The position numbers and the translations under genes are program-made. From the IMG/VR virus record IMGVR_UViG_3300008262_000171: a stretch of 64,000 bases of DNA; one strand, 5' to 3'. Each line of letters begins with the position of its first letter. Position 1 is the stretch's first letter. This DNA is from an uncultured virus (IMG/VR IMGVR_UViG_3300008262_000171). Its lineage: Duplodnaviria > Heunggongvirae > Uroviricota > Caudoviricetes. The notes beneath the pieces were generated by a model. That model was not told where the DNA came from and searched no databases. It worked only from the letters and a program-made list of their open reading frames with translations. This document shows, one piece after another, positions 33,201 through 40,975 of this stretch.

Positions 33201-34129
33201 GGGGATATTATTATGCTGTTAATTCTTCACCTGTTCAAAGTTCAGATTGGACTCTTACCTATGTCTTTGGCGGCGGAGACGTTTTATTATATGCGCCTCC
33301 AGCAGGAGCACCTTTTGATATAGTGGCATTTAATAATGCTGGTGGTCTTGCAGTATCTACTAATTCTGGAGTAAATTGGAGTGTAAGAACAGTTCCCTCG
33401 GCTGGTCTGATCATCTATTCTGTAGCTTACAATAATTTGGTAACAGAAAAATGGGTTGCAGCACTCACTGGTTCAAATCGTCTGGCATCATCAACAGATA
33501 CGATTCATTGGACTTTAAGAACTGGCGCACATACTCCCCCATACTATAAAGTTCGGGCATCTGTAGGCACTGCTCATAGATATATCACTGCTGGCACTGC
33601 CGCCAGAGTGTCTGTTTCTAGTGATGCAATTCATTGGGTACTGAGAACTTCAGGAATTCCTACCACGAATGAATTGAGATCTTTGGTTATTAATGAGTCT
33701 AGTAATATTTTTATAACTGGAGGTGGTAATGGATTTTTAGCATCTTCAACTGATACTATACATTGGCAACTTAGAACTGCAGCAACAGTACAGCCAATAT
33801 ATTCTATTAATTATATGAGTGGATATTATGCTCTTACTGCGGCTTCGGGAGTATTGAGAGTCTCTACAGATTTGATTGTTTGGAGAGGAATTTGGAATAA
33901 TACTTTTAATGACATAATGGATACTGCAATGGCTAATAATAAATTATATGCGGTTGGATTATCTGGTTTTTATTCATTTGCAGACACATCACCTGCCTAT
34001 GGTGCAGGAAATGGTGGAAGCGGCACTGGAGGCGGCGGAGGTGGTGGCGGAGGTTATGCACCTGAGGAAGATTTTTTTGGACTCGGTGGTAATGGTGGTG
34101 ATGGATATATTCGAATTACATGGTGGTAA
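30299..34129 (+). CDS. Gly-rich WTxRT-repeat virion protein, paralog 3 (extra repeat block)
   Basis: Same architecture with three repeat blocks; ends GGNGGDGYIRITWW. Confidence 0.8.
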   Translation: MARLDSNKVTEVYVVDNPDDAVNKAYLDNNSYPNPSGSELVLSVTNYDGEQWIIRTIPPRFTDVANIASTNDYFITGYLQQDLGVYSLSGLLLASTDAITWSIRTLPFPSDPVPGYPGVDPTIVQGVYVVGAGGGVYVATGRYTVSGGNFAVTSTDTIHWTLRTLQPPPSINYYYYDYSYLNGSHHLFGPLNAYVTSTNGIFWQSRSSAAFSANSTIRSINYVNSLYIMTTEENDIGNVGRVSVSTNSIHWELRTIPTDYIYYDQTYVDNLYLLVGTIGSVIVSTDTINWVMRTGGIPSSSSFVDVVSANNQAFALSSFNTTSVHSSTDTIHWGLKTTINIGTFTYFSDLHYSNSKNILLLNGSSTPLQTGKIVTSNIASKKWVPKKGTTESARGSVLYDIPGSYTFNIPRSASTLYIEAMGAGGGGASASVGASFFGSYAGAGGGSGAYESYIIDRDLYGLDWLNLTVGSGGVGGNNRGVSISTDGIIWTQGRSGLATNSATLSAISYSSNMKFIIGGPFGPITSTNGINWSLRTLAGNEVSKVFNSKLSSISMLSTSFLNRHLATSTNGIQWSLRTLGSNVSGNVTSISEGTNTTGTVYLVATTSGGYVTSTNTIHWTNRTVGASIGVNSTFLAFKDSLFILGNSSLIRSSTDAIHWTARTSGTINTINNITASSFTSAFKYFASFTQTTNQFIVSTDGIQWSLRTVPGFTGVTNIVNSISSNLYIAGNSLGQLATSTDTIHWSNRTALFATKSITSIDSDGTTIAAVGGINGNGGSGGNTSINFVYKHSQLGTTTASIIITSGSGGVAAAGGGGAGAIITPTGKKGFLISRSGQGGVSPSSSAGAGSNIAGTFSYISTGGAGGGWGSARGGSAGIIAYNDQTSRVSLGGTADLSINQKAQLSQTLNAPSAISLSSVMYIGSGGGGGGAESRGPHTWHTRTLSFNSHGSIEISNTSGRYFVGSINGGYYYAVNSSPVQSSDWTLTYVFGGGDVLLYAPPAGAPFDIVAFNNAGGLAVSTNSGVNWSVRTVPSAGLIIYSVAYNNLVTEKWVAALTGSNRLASSTDTIHWTLRTGAHTPPYYKVRASVGTAHRYITAGTAARVSVSSDAIHWVLRTSGIPTTNELRSLVINESSNIFITGGGNGFLASSTDTIHWQLRTAATVQPIYSINYMSGYYALTAASGVLRVSTDLIVWRGIWNNTFNDIMDTAMANNKLYAVGLSGFYSFADTSPAYGAGNGGSGTGGGGGGGGGYAPEEDFFGLGGNGGDGYIRITWW

Positions 34130-34175
34130 AACTTGTATAACTATGTTATAATGAATTCTATATTGACTTTATTGT

Positions 34176-34895
34176 ATGCCTCTAAATTATACAAATCAAT
34201 CGAATAATAGTTTGAAAGGAAAGACAATAGCATTTTGTCTTCCAGGTCTAATGTACTCTGGAACTTTCATGACGCAATTTATAAAATTAATTTTTGATCT
34301 AAATCAATTGGGTATTAATTTTTATATTTCTCAAAAATATAGCTCAATGGTCAATCATGCAAGGAGTGATTGTCTGGAAGCAGATAATTATGCTGGAACA
34401 ATGTTAACGCCTTTTAGGGGAAAAATTCCATATGACTATATTATGTGGATCGATAGTGATATTATTTTTACAACAGAGGACCTTCTTGAACTTATCAAAA
34501 TGAATAAAGATGTTGCTTCTGGATGGTATTTGCAGTCAAATGGTGGATTAGTAACTAATAAAACGACCGTTGTAGAGCATGAAGATGATCAAGAACTTTA
34601 CGAAAAAGGATCAAATAGATATGAAACAGCAGAAGATATGGCAAGACGATCCGAACCCTTTAAGGTTGATTATTGTGGATTTGGTTGGATTTTAATTAAA
34701 AAAGGTGTATATGAAAAAATTCCTTATCCTTGGTTTGTTCCTCGTGTTGTTGAATTAAAAAGACCAGATGGTGTAATTTTACAAGATGTTGGGTCTGAGG
34801 ACATTTCTATGTGTGAAGAATTTAGAAAGCACGGATTTGATATTTGGGTTAATCCAAAAGTACGTGTTGGACATCAAAAAATGATAATTATTTAA
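34176..34895 (+). CDS. GT-A fold glycosyltransferase-like protein
   Basis: YDYIMWIDSDIIF (DxD), GFGWILIK, SEDISMC, VRVGHQK. Confidence 0.8.
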   Translation: MPLNYTNQSNNSLKGKTIAFCLPGLMYSGTFMTQFIKLIFDLNQLGINFYISQKYSSMVNHARSDCLEADNYAGTMLTPFRGKIPYDYIMWIDSDIIFTTEDLLELIKMNKDVASGWYLQSNGGLVTNKTTVVEHEDDQELYEKGSNRYETAEDMARRSEPFKVDYCGFGWILIKKGVYEKIPYPWFVPRVVELKRPDGVILQDVGSEDISMCEEFRKHGFDIWVNPKVRVGHQKMIII

Positions 34896-34899
34896 AAAC

Positions 34900-35592
34900 A
34901 TGTTAAATTATTCTAATCAAGTAAAGCAACAGAAACCACATTATAATGTGGTTATTACAACACCTGGGGATAAAATGTGTGCCGAATATGTAAAATGTTT
35001 AATGGCAACAATTCAAACCCTTCAAGAAAATAAAATTTCTTGGTTTTATCAAAGTGAACACGCCTCTCTAGTTACAAATGCAAGAGAGGCTACTATCACT
35101 GGAAGTCGTAACTTAGAAGTTTTCAATTCTTCTCCTGGAAAGCATCTATACACTTACGATAAACTTTTTATGATTGATAGTGATATCGTTTGGAATCCAG
35201 AACATTTTTTAAAACTTCTTGTTTCGGATAAAGATTTAATTTCTGGAATATATTTTGAATCTAGAGGAATGGATGCTATGGTCCATCGTAAAAAGAATGA
35301 TTTTCGACCAATGACAAGAGAAGAATTAAAAGAATTGCAAAAAAATGAAACTCCAATACCAGTCTATGGTGTTGGATTGGGTTTCATGTGTGTAAAATTT
35401 GGTGTTTTCGAATCACTTAAAAGACCTTGGTTTGGACTTGGAAAAGTTATTCAAGAGGTTGATGGTGTTAATTATGAACTTCCACTAGGAGAAGATTTAT
35501 ATTTTTGTGAAAGAGTAACCGAAAGTGGTTATAATGTTTATGTAGATCCTTCAGTAATTGTTGGTCACGTTAAGAGTGCTATTGTATGTTAA
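34900..35592 (+). CDS. GT-A fold glycosyltransferase-like protein (paralog)
   Basis: LFMIDSDIVW, GLGFMCVK, GEDLYFC, VIVGHVK. Confidence 0.8.
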   Translation: MLNYSNQVKQQKPHYNVVITTPGDKMCAEYVKCLMATIQTLQENKISWFYQSEHASLVTNAREATITGSRNLEVFNSSPGKHLYTYDKLFMIDSDIVWNPEHFLKLLVSDKDLISGIYFESRGMDAMVHRKKNDFRPMTREELKELQKNETPIPVYGVGLGFMCVKFGVFESLKRPWFGLGKVIQEVDGVNYELPLGEDLYFCERVTESGYNVYVDPSVIVGHVKSAIVC

Positions 35593-37013
35593 ATTATAAG
35601 AACGAAAAGCAGATACCAAAAACTATCACGGTATTTTACCATCTTTATATACCAGACACTAATAATATGTGGATCTGGTGGGTTGATGAACAAATGAGTT
35701 TACTAAAAACGGTTGGTCTTTCTGAGAAGGCAATCATTAATATGTGTATTACTCTACCTTTAGGTCTTTATAATTCTAAAACTGGACATTCCTATGACCA
35801 GATGGTAACTGGTTATATAAAAGATAGATATCCATTTGTTAATATTATTGATATGAGGTCTGTAGGTGAACAACCAAATTTTTATGAGGGTCAGACTCTT
35901 GCAAAAATTTATGATCACTGCCAAGAAGATGATGGATATGTTTTTTACTTCCATAATAAAGGAATGGTTTCTTATTCAACCCATATTCCTGGTGCGATTA
36001 AGGACTGGAGACACTATATGCAGTATTACAACATTGAAAAGTGGGAGGACTGTATTGCTAAATTAGATGAGGGATATGATTGTTGTGGTGTTGATTGGGT
36101 AGAACGGCACGATATTAAACTTGATTTTGTTGTTCAACACTATGCAGGAAACTTCTGGTGGGCACGAAATGATTACATCCGCAAACTGAAGCATCCACTT
36201 AAGATTGAAGAGTACATGGATGTTGAAGCAATGATGAGAGAGCTACAAAACTATCGTTATTGTTTTGAACTTTGGATGGCAACTGGTATTCCAAAACAAC
36301 ATTGCTTTCATTATCGTCGTCATCATCAGTATGATAATCAAGGTCTGGAAAGATATTTCATTTATTATCCGAGAGAGATGTATGATGAAAGTATAAAGAG
36401 TGATGAAGAAAATCGTCGATATAGCAAAGTTCATACTCTCACAGAAATTGGTTCTATGGGCAATTTTAACTGGAGAGATCACAGACTTTTTGCTGACTGG
36501 TTAATTCGTAGAGTTCAACCAGAAGTTGTGGTAGACTTAGGTGTTGATTATGGTTATTCTACATTTTGCTTCGCACTTCCAGAGATTGGACACATTTATG
36601 GTATTGATAGTTTTGAAGGAGATCAACATGCGGGAATTAGAAATACCTATGATTATGTTTTAGAGAAGCAAAAAGAACTTGAACTGAATAATATTACTTT
36701 TATTAAAGGATTCTTTGATGATGTAGTTAAAAACTGGGATAAGCAAATTGATGTCCTTCATATTGATGGACTGCATACTTATGAAGCAGTTAAAAATGAT
36801 TTTGAAAAATGGACAAAATTTGTAAAGAAAAATGGCATAATAATAATGCATGATACTATGGTCAAAGATTTTGGTGTAGGTGAGTTTTTTAAAGAAATCA
36901 ATATACCAAAAACAAATTTTGGTCATTGTAATGGATTGGGTGTTATTTGTGCGGATATAAATTTAATTGATGAAATTAAAAAGAATTTTGGAGAGTTTAT
37001 TCATGAAATTTAA
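35586..37013 (+). CDS. Putative glycosyltransferase-like domain fused to a class I SAM methyltransferase
   Basis: N-half YFHNKG...HYAGNFWWA; C-half VVDLGVDYGYST, GIDSF, IDVLHIDGLHTYEAVKNDF. Confidence 0.75.
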   Translation: MLNYKNEKQIPKTITVFYHLYIPDTNNMWIWWVDEQMSLLKTVGLSEKAIINMCITLPLGLYNSKTGHSYDQMVTGYIKDRYPFVNIIDMRSVGEQPNFYEGQTLAKIYDHCQEDDGYVFYFHNKGMVSYSTHIPGAIKDWRHYMQYYNIEKWEDCIAKLDEGYDCCGVDWVERHDIKLDFVVQHYAGNFWWARNDYIRKLKHPLKIEEYMDVEAMMRELQNYRYCFELWMATGIPKQHCFHYRRHHQYDNQGLERYFIYYPREMYDESIKSDEENRRYSKVHTLTEIGSMGNFNWRDHRLFADWLIRRVQPEVVVDLGVDYGYSTFCFALPEIGHIYGIDSFEGDQHAGIRNTYDYVLEKQKELELNNITFIKGFFDDVVKNWDKQIDVLHIDGLHTYEAVKNDFEKWTKFVKKNGIIIMHDTMVKDFGVGEFFKEINIPKTNFGHCNGLGVICADINLIDEIKKNFGEFIHEI

Positions 37014-37845
37014 TTTAGTAAGAATTGTACCTGATAATGGTTTTTATGTTCACTCTCAAGTCTTTCATGAGATTGAAGCAGCAATGTTCTTTTCTTTACA
37101 AGAGTTGGGACATGATGTTACAAATAGTGTAAATGATTTTGCTACCGATAAGAAAAATATTGTCTTTGGAATGCACCACTGTCCAGTAGATGTGGTGAGG
37201 CATGATATTCCAAAAGATACAATCGTCTATTCTCTTGAACAGATGAAAGACGGACCAGAATGTTTACGTTGGTGCCGCAAATATCGTGGTCTTGAAGTGT
37301 GGGATTATTCAATGCGAAATGTTGAGATATTACGTAAAGTAGGTGTAGAAAATATTAAGCACTGTAAGATCGGTTACGTTCCTGAAATTTCCTACTTTGA
37401 AAGAAACAAACCAGAAGATCGTGATATTGACATTCTTTTTTATGGGTGTCCAACTCCAAGAAGAACTCATATTTTAGATCAATTTGCATCAAATAAAAAA
37501 ATAAATTTTATGCATATTCAAAGTACCTATGGAGATGAAAGAGATGAACTTATTAAAAGAGCAAAGTTAGTTATCAATCTCCATAATATGGATAATCAAA
37601 TCTTTGAGATGGTAAGAGTGACACATCTTATTCAAAATAAAGTTCCCGTTCTTTCTGAAAGAAATCATGACACTGATTTCCCTGAGTACATGGAGGGTAC
37701 AGTATTTACATCAACTTACAATCGTTTTGTTGATACAGCATACAAACTTCTTAAAAAACCAGAAGAACTTGATGCTCAGGCAGAAAGGGGTCTTGAAATC
37801 TTTAAGAAATCGCCAATGTCTAAATTTATTGAGGAGGTACTATGA
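37003..37845 (+). CDS. Glycosyltransferase-like protein (GT-B/CgeB-like C-terminus)
   Basis: DIDILFYG...RR, AKLVINLH, FEMVRV...VLSE; ATG 37003 preceded by GGAGAG. Confidence 0.7.
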   Translation: MKFNLVRIVPDNGFYVHSQVFHEIEAAMFFSLQELGHDVTNSVNDFATDKKNIVFGMHHCPVDVVRHDIPKDTIVYSLEQMKDGPECLRWCRKYRGLEVWDYSMRNVEILRKVGVENIKHCKIGYVPEISYFERNKPEDRDIDILFYGCPTPRRTHILDQFASNKKINFMHIQSTYGDERDELIKRAKLVINLHNMDNQIFEMVRVTHLIQNKVPVLSERNHDTDFPEYMEGTVFTSTYNRFVDTAYKLLKKPEELDAQAERGLEIFKKSPMSKFIEEVL

Positions 37846-38870
37846 CTGAAGTTAATACAAAACCAGAATATCTGCATAACAATATGCCACCTCTTCTTGA
37901 GGCAGTGCTCAACCCTGATGGGGTTGGTGGGACAGAAATCATGGGTCGTGCATGGCAAGACCTTGTTCTTCCAGCAGCACCAGATCTTGCTGATTGGCAT
38001 TGGTGTGTCATACCTGGAGATAATGTAATCGCACCAGACAATTCAAATATTGTCTGGTTGCATCCTCATCATGTAGAGCAAGATCTTGAGAATCTAATGG
38101 ATCCTCAATTTGTAAAATATTTCAAAGCATTTGTCTTCGTTTCTAATTGGCAATATGAAAGGTTCATGGAAGCTTTCAAAATGCCAATGGAAAAATGTTA
38201 TGTTTTGAAAAATGCGATTAAACCTTTTGAACCTCACAAAAAACCCGATGGTAAATTGCAGTTAATATTTCATCCGAATCCAATTCGTGGTTTAGATATT
38301 CTTCTTGAATCAATTAAACTTATTCCAGAGGAAGATTTTGAACTTCATATTTTTCATGAACTTGATCCAGATGAACGTAAAAAACAATATCAGCAAGGAC
38401 TTCAGACTTATGAGTATTCTCATGTTCTTCCTCAAGAGGAAGAGTTTCTTCGTTATTGTTTAAGACTTGCCAATGCTGATAAAAGAGTTGTTCGCCACAC
38501 TAGAACAAATAACTCAAAAATTAGAGAGCAACTTATGAATACGCATATCTTTGCGTACCCAACTTATTTTCTAGAAACATCATGCATTTGCATGATCGAA
38601 GCACTTTCTGCTGGATGTTCTGTTCTCACCAGTAATCTTGGTGCTCTTCCAGAAACTGGAATGGGATTTTCTCGTCATTATGGGTTTATTCCAGACAGAA
38701 AAAAACATATTGAAAGATTTACTAGAGAACTAAAAAGAACACTTACGGAATACCGAACTGGTCAATTTGATTCACAATATCAAGTTGAAGTAATAAATAA
38801 ACAGTACAGCTGGGATACCCGAATAGAAGATTGGGTCCAGTTTTCAAAAGAACTTTGGAGGAAAAATTAA
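37842..38870 (+). CDS. GT-B (GT4-like) glycosyltransferase
   Basis: GGTE N-terminal motif, RGLDILL, FAYPTYFLETSCICMIEALSAGC...GALPET. Confidence 0.85.
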   Translation: MTEVNTKPEYLHNNMPPLLEAVLNPDGVGGTEIMGRAWQDLVLPAAPDLADWHWCVIPGDNVIAPDNSNIVWLHPHHVEQDLENLMDPQFVKYFKAFVFVSNWQYERFMEAFKMPMEKCYVLKNAIKPFEPHKKPDGKLQLIFHPNPIRGLDILLESIKLIPEEDFELHIFHELDPDERKKQYQQGLQTYEYSHVLPQEEEFLRYCLRLANADKRVVRHTRTNNSKIREQLMNTHIFAYPTYFLETSCICMIEALSAGCSVLTSNLGALPETGMGFSRHYGFIPDRKKHIERFTRELKRTLTEYRTGQFDSQYQVEVINKQYSWDTRIEDWVQFSKELWRKN

Positions 38871-38871
38871 A

Positions 38872-39069
38872 ATGGCAACAAGAACTGAAACACTTACCAT
38901 GCCTTTGATGCATGTTTATCATTTGACTGCAGACCCAGCAAATGATACTGGTTATACAATCGAACAAGTGACACAAATGTTAGAAGAGCATGGACCAGAA
39001 CATAAAATAGAAATAACTATCACTCATCCAGTGCCTGATATTACTCCCGAATCTTCGGAAGAGGGTTGA
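38872..39069 (+). CDS. Hypothetical protein (65 aa)
   Basis: ORF with GGAGG RBS, last gene of the cluster. Confidence 0.6.
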   Translation: MATRTETLTMPLMHVYHLTADPANDTGYTIEQVTQMLEEHGPEHKIEITITHPVPDITPESSEEG

Positions 39070-39094
39070 CAACCACAATAAAACCCTTTATAAT
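39066..39094 (+). promoter_or_regulatory. Consensus sigma70 promoter
   Basis: TTGACA (39066-71), 17 nt, TATAAT (39089-94). Confidence 0.85.
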
Positions 39095-39100
39095 AATCAA

Positions 39101-39197
39101 GTCTTCAACATCCTTGTATCTTTGGGAATGAAGACCCTCTCTGTGGTGGGAGAGGTGAGTTGGTGGTTAGTAGGAGGGTTTAAACCCTCCTTTTTTC
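39101..39197 (+). ncRNA. Candidate stand-alone small RNA (~97 nt)
   Basis: Lies between a perfect promoter and a terminator; hairpins GTCTTCA/TGAAGAC and CCTCTC/GAGAGG; no credible ORF. Confidence 0.6.
39172..39197 (+). terminator. Intrinsic terminator
   Basis: AGGAGGGTTT/AAACCCTCCT followed by a T-tract. Confidence 0.85.
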
Positions 39198-39229
39198 TCT
39201 TATAAATTAATATAAGTCGTCAAAAAATT

Positions 39230-39472
39230 ATGAATTTTACAGTCTATTCAAAAGAAGATTGTCCATATTGCTATAAAGTTAAGCAAGTATTGGAATTGAC
39301 AGGAAGTAGCTTTGTGGTATATAATCTTAATGAACACTTTACTAAAGAAGAATTTTATTCTGAATTTGGTGAAGGTTCTACATTTCCACAAGTTATTTGT
39401 GATGATAAAAAATTAGGAGGATCCGTTGACACAATCAAATTCCTCAAAGAACAACAAATCATTAAACAGTGA
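39230..39472 (+). CDS. Glutaredoxin
   Basis: CPYC active site; TFPQV and LGG motifs. Confidence 0.92.
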   Translation: MNFTVYSKEDCPYCYKVKQVLELTGSSFVVYNLNEHFTKEEFYSEFGEGSTFPQVICDDKKLGGSVDTIKFLKEQQIIKQ

Positions 39473-39680
39473 CATAAATAATTCCAACCATAGAAATCGT
39501 GGTGTTGAACTTATTCTTCATGGAGGCAAAAGAAAGCAGACTCAACCGTTCCACATCATCTTCATCTTTGAGAAGATGGTTTGCTTTCTCAATCGGGAAG
39601 TAACCATCTATTTTGAATTTTCCTTTAAGTCCAGGAAAAGAAAAGTAGTTTCCCGAGGTAAAAGAAATGCTCGCAGTTAG
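39426..39680 (+). CDS. Hypothetical protein (start uncertain)
   Basis: ORF NRGVELILHGGKRK...REVTIYFEFSF. Confidence 0.5.
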   Translation: MTQSNSSKNNKSLNSDINNSNHRNRGVELILHGGKRKQTQPFHIIFIFEKMVCFLNREVTIYFEFSFKSRKRKVVSRGKRNARS

Positions 39681-40246
39681 TTTAGTTTTCGGTTCCTTTC
39701 TAACCTCCTATTGTAGAACTTCCCAATAATCCTCTTGCTTTTGAAATTTTTGATTTAATCTCAAAACAAAGATCTAAAGAAAAGAAAGTAGAATTACTTC
39801 AGAAATATAACCACGATTCAATTCGGGCTCTTTTGATTTGGAATTTTGATGAATCTATCATCACGATGCTTCCTGATGGACCAGTTCCTTATTCAAGTTA
39901 TGATGATCAGACCGTTCATAGTGGAACTCTTTCAACTAAGATTACAGAAGAGATTCGTGCCATGTATGAATCAGGTTCTTTCTCTCTAGGAGTATCTGAT
40001 ACTCAAGCAAGAACCACAATTCGTAAAGAGTTCAAGCACTTCTATCATTTTATCAAAGGTGGTAACGATAGTATGAGTGCTATTCGGCGTGAGTCAATGT
40101 TTATTAATCTTTTACAAGGTCTTCATCCTCTTGAAGCAGAAATTATTTGCCTGGTTAAAGACAAAAAACTGCAAGAAAAATATAAAATTACAAAAGAAAT
40201 TGTTTCAGAAGCATTTCCTCAAATTAGGTGGGGAGGTCGTTCATGA
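39667..40246 (+). pseudogene. Remnants of two genes joined by an apparent deletion at ~39704
   Basis: MLAVSLVFGSFLT hydrophobic start ends after 20 aa. A second frame opens right after TAA 39701-03 with no start codon: PPIVELPNNPLAFEIFDLISKQR...LLQGLHPLEAEIICLVKDK. Confidence 0.65.
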
Positions 40247-40596
40247 GTCAAGTTCGTGATGTAGTTGAAAAACCCCACAATACGGAAAAGCATATGGATT
40301 ATTGGACACCAGCAGAAAAAGAGAATTGCAAAGCACGTTATGGGTGTGATGTTCTGATTGAAAATGGTTCGTATGCTGAAGTTTGCACTAAAGAAGCACC
40401 AAATGATGCTTATATTGTCAAGTATTTTGTAGAAGAAAATATTTGTTTTGATCTCACAAGAGGTACGAGATCTAAATTGTTTGATATGTACTGGGATAAG
40501 TTTCGTGAGAATTTGAAGAGTATTGACTTTGGTTATGGTAGAATCAATCCTAAACTGTGGGGTTATCAAGCACCGAAAACCAAAAAGAGGAAGTGA
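40243..40596 (+). CDS. Hypothetical cyanophage protein
   Basis: ATGA overlap with upstream stop; LFDMYWDKF...GRINPKLWG. Confidence 0.75.
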   Translation: MSQVRDVVEKPHNTEKHMDYWTPAEKENCKARYGCDVLIENGSYAEVCTKEAPNDAYIVKYFVEENICFDLTRGTRSKLFDMYWDKFRENLKSIDFGYGRINPKLWGYQAPKTKKRK

Positions 40597-40656
40597 TTCC
40601 CCAAATAGGGGGAAATTTTTCCGGCAAAATTTTTGGTTTCTAAAGTTTTTTAAAAT

Positions 40657-40672
40657 TGTATCAGGAAATACA
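40657..40672 (+). promoter_or_regulatory. NtcA binding box
   Basis: TGTA-TCAGGAAA-TACA matches GTA-N8-TAC; candidate -10 elements TATACT 40687-92 and TATAAT 40704-09. Confidence 0.7.
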
Positions 40673-40719
40673 CACAAAACTACCTATATACTATGAATAG
40701 GGGTATAATAATCCCCTAA

Positions 40720-40972
40720 CGTTCATCCTATGACTAAAGCACTTTTGCTTTTAGCATGGGTTCCACTTCTTTCTGTTGCTTCACCACAACTTATCAAAAC
40801 TGAATATCCAGTCACAATAAGTTGTAATGCAGCGTGGGAACTAATGGACATCGTTAAAAACGACGATGTTGTTCACCAAAAGATTGAAGACCGATTGCTA
40901 TTAGAATTGCGAAAAGACGTAATTATAAAGTGCTAAAAATTAAATAGGACGGAAGTAAGCCGACTCGGAACG
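40720..40972 (+). ncRNA. Glutamine riboswitch-like aptamer 1 with an ORF in the P2 loop
   Basis: CGTTC(40720-24)/GAACG(40968-72) P1; TCCTAT(40726-31)/ATAGGA(40944-49) P2; core CGGAAGTAAGCCGAC. Confidence 0.65.
40730..40936 (+). CDS. 68-aa two-Cys peptide with a signal-peptide-like N-terminus, nested in aptamer 1
   Basis: MTKALLLLAWVPLLSVA...ISCNAAWELM...LLLELRKDVIIKC. Confidence 0.7.
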   Translation: MTKALLLLAWVPLLSVASPQLIKTEYPVTISCNAAWELMDIVKNDDVVHQKIEDRLLLELRKDVIIKC

Positions 40973-40975
40973 GAA

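Noticed and set aside
3259..34129. Diversity-generating retroelement acting on the fibre genes
   Set aside because: No reverse transcriptase in the window, and no non-coding template repeat with adenine-specific mismatches was seen
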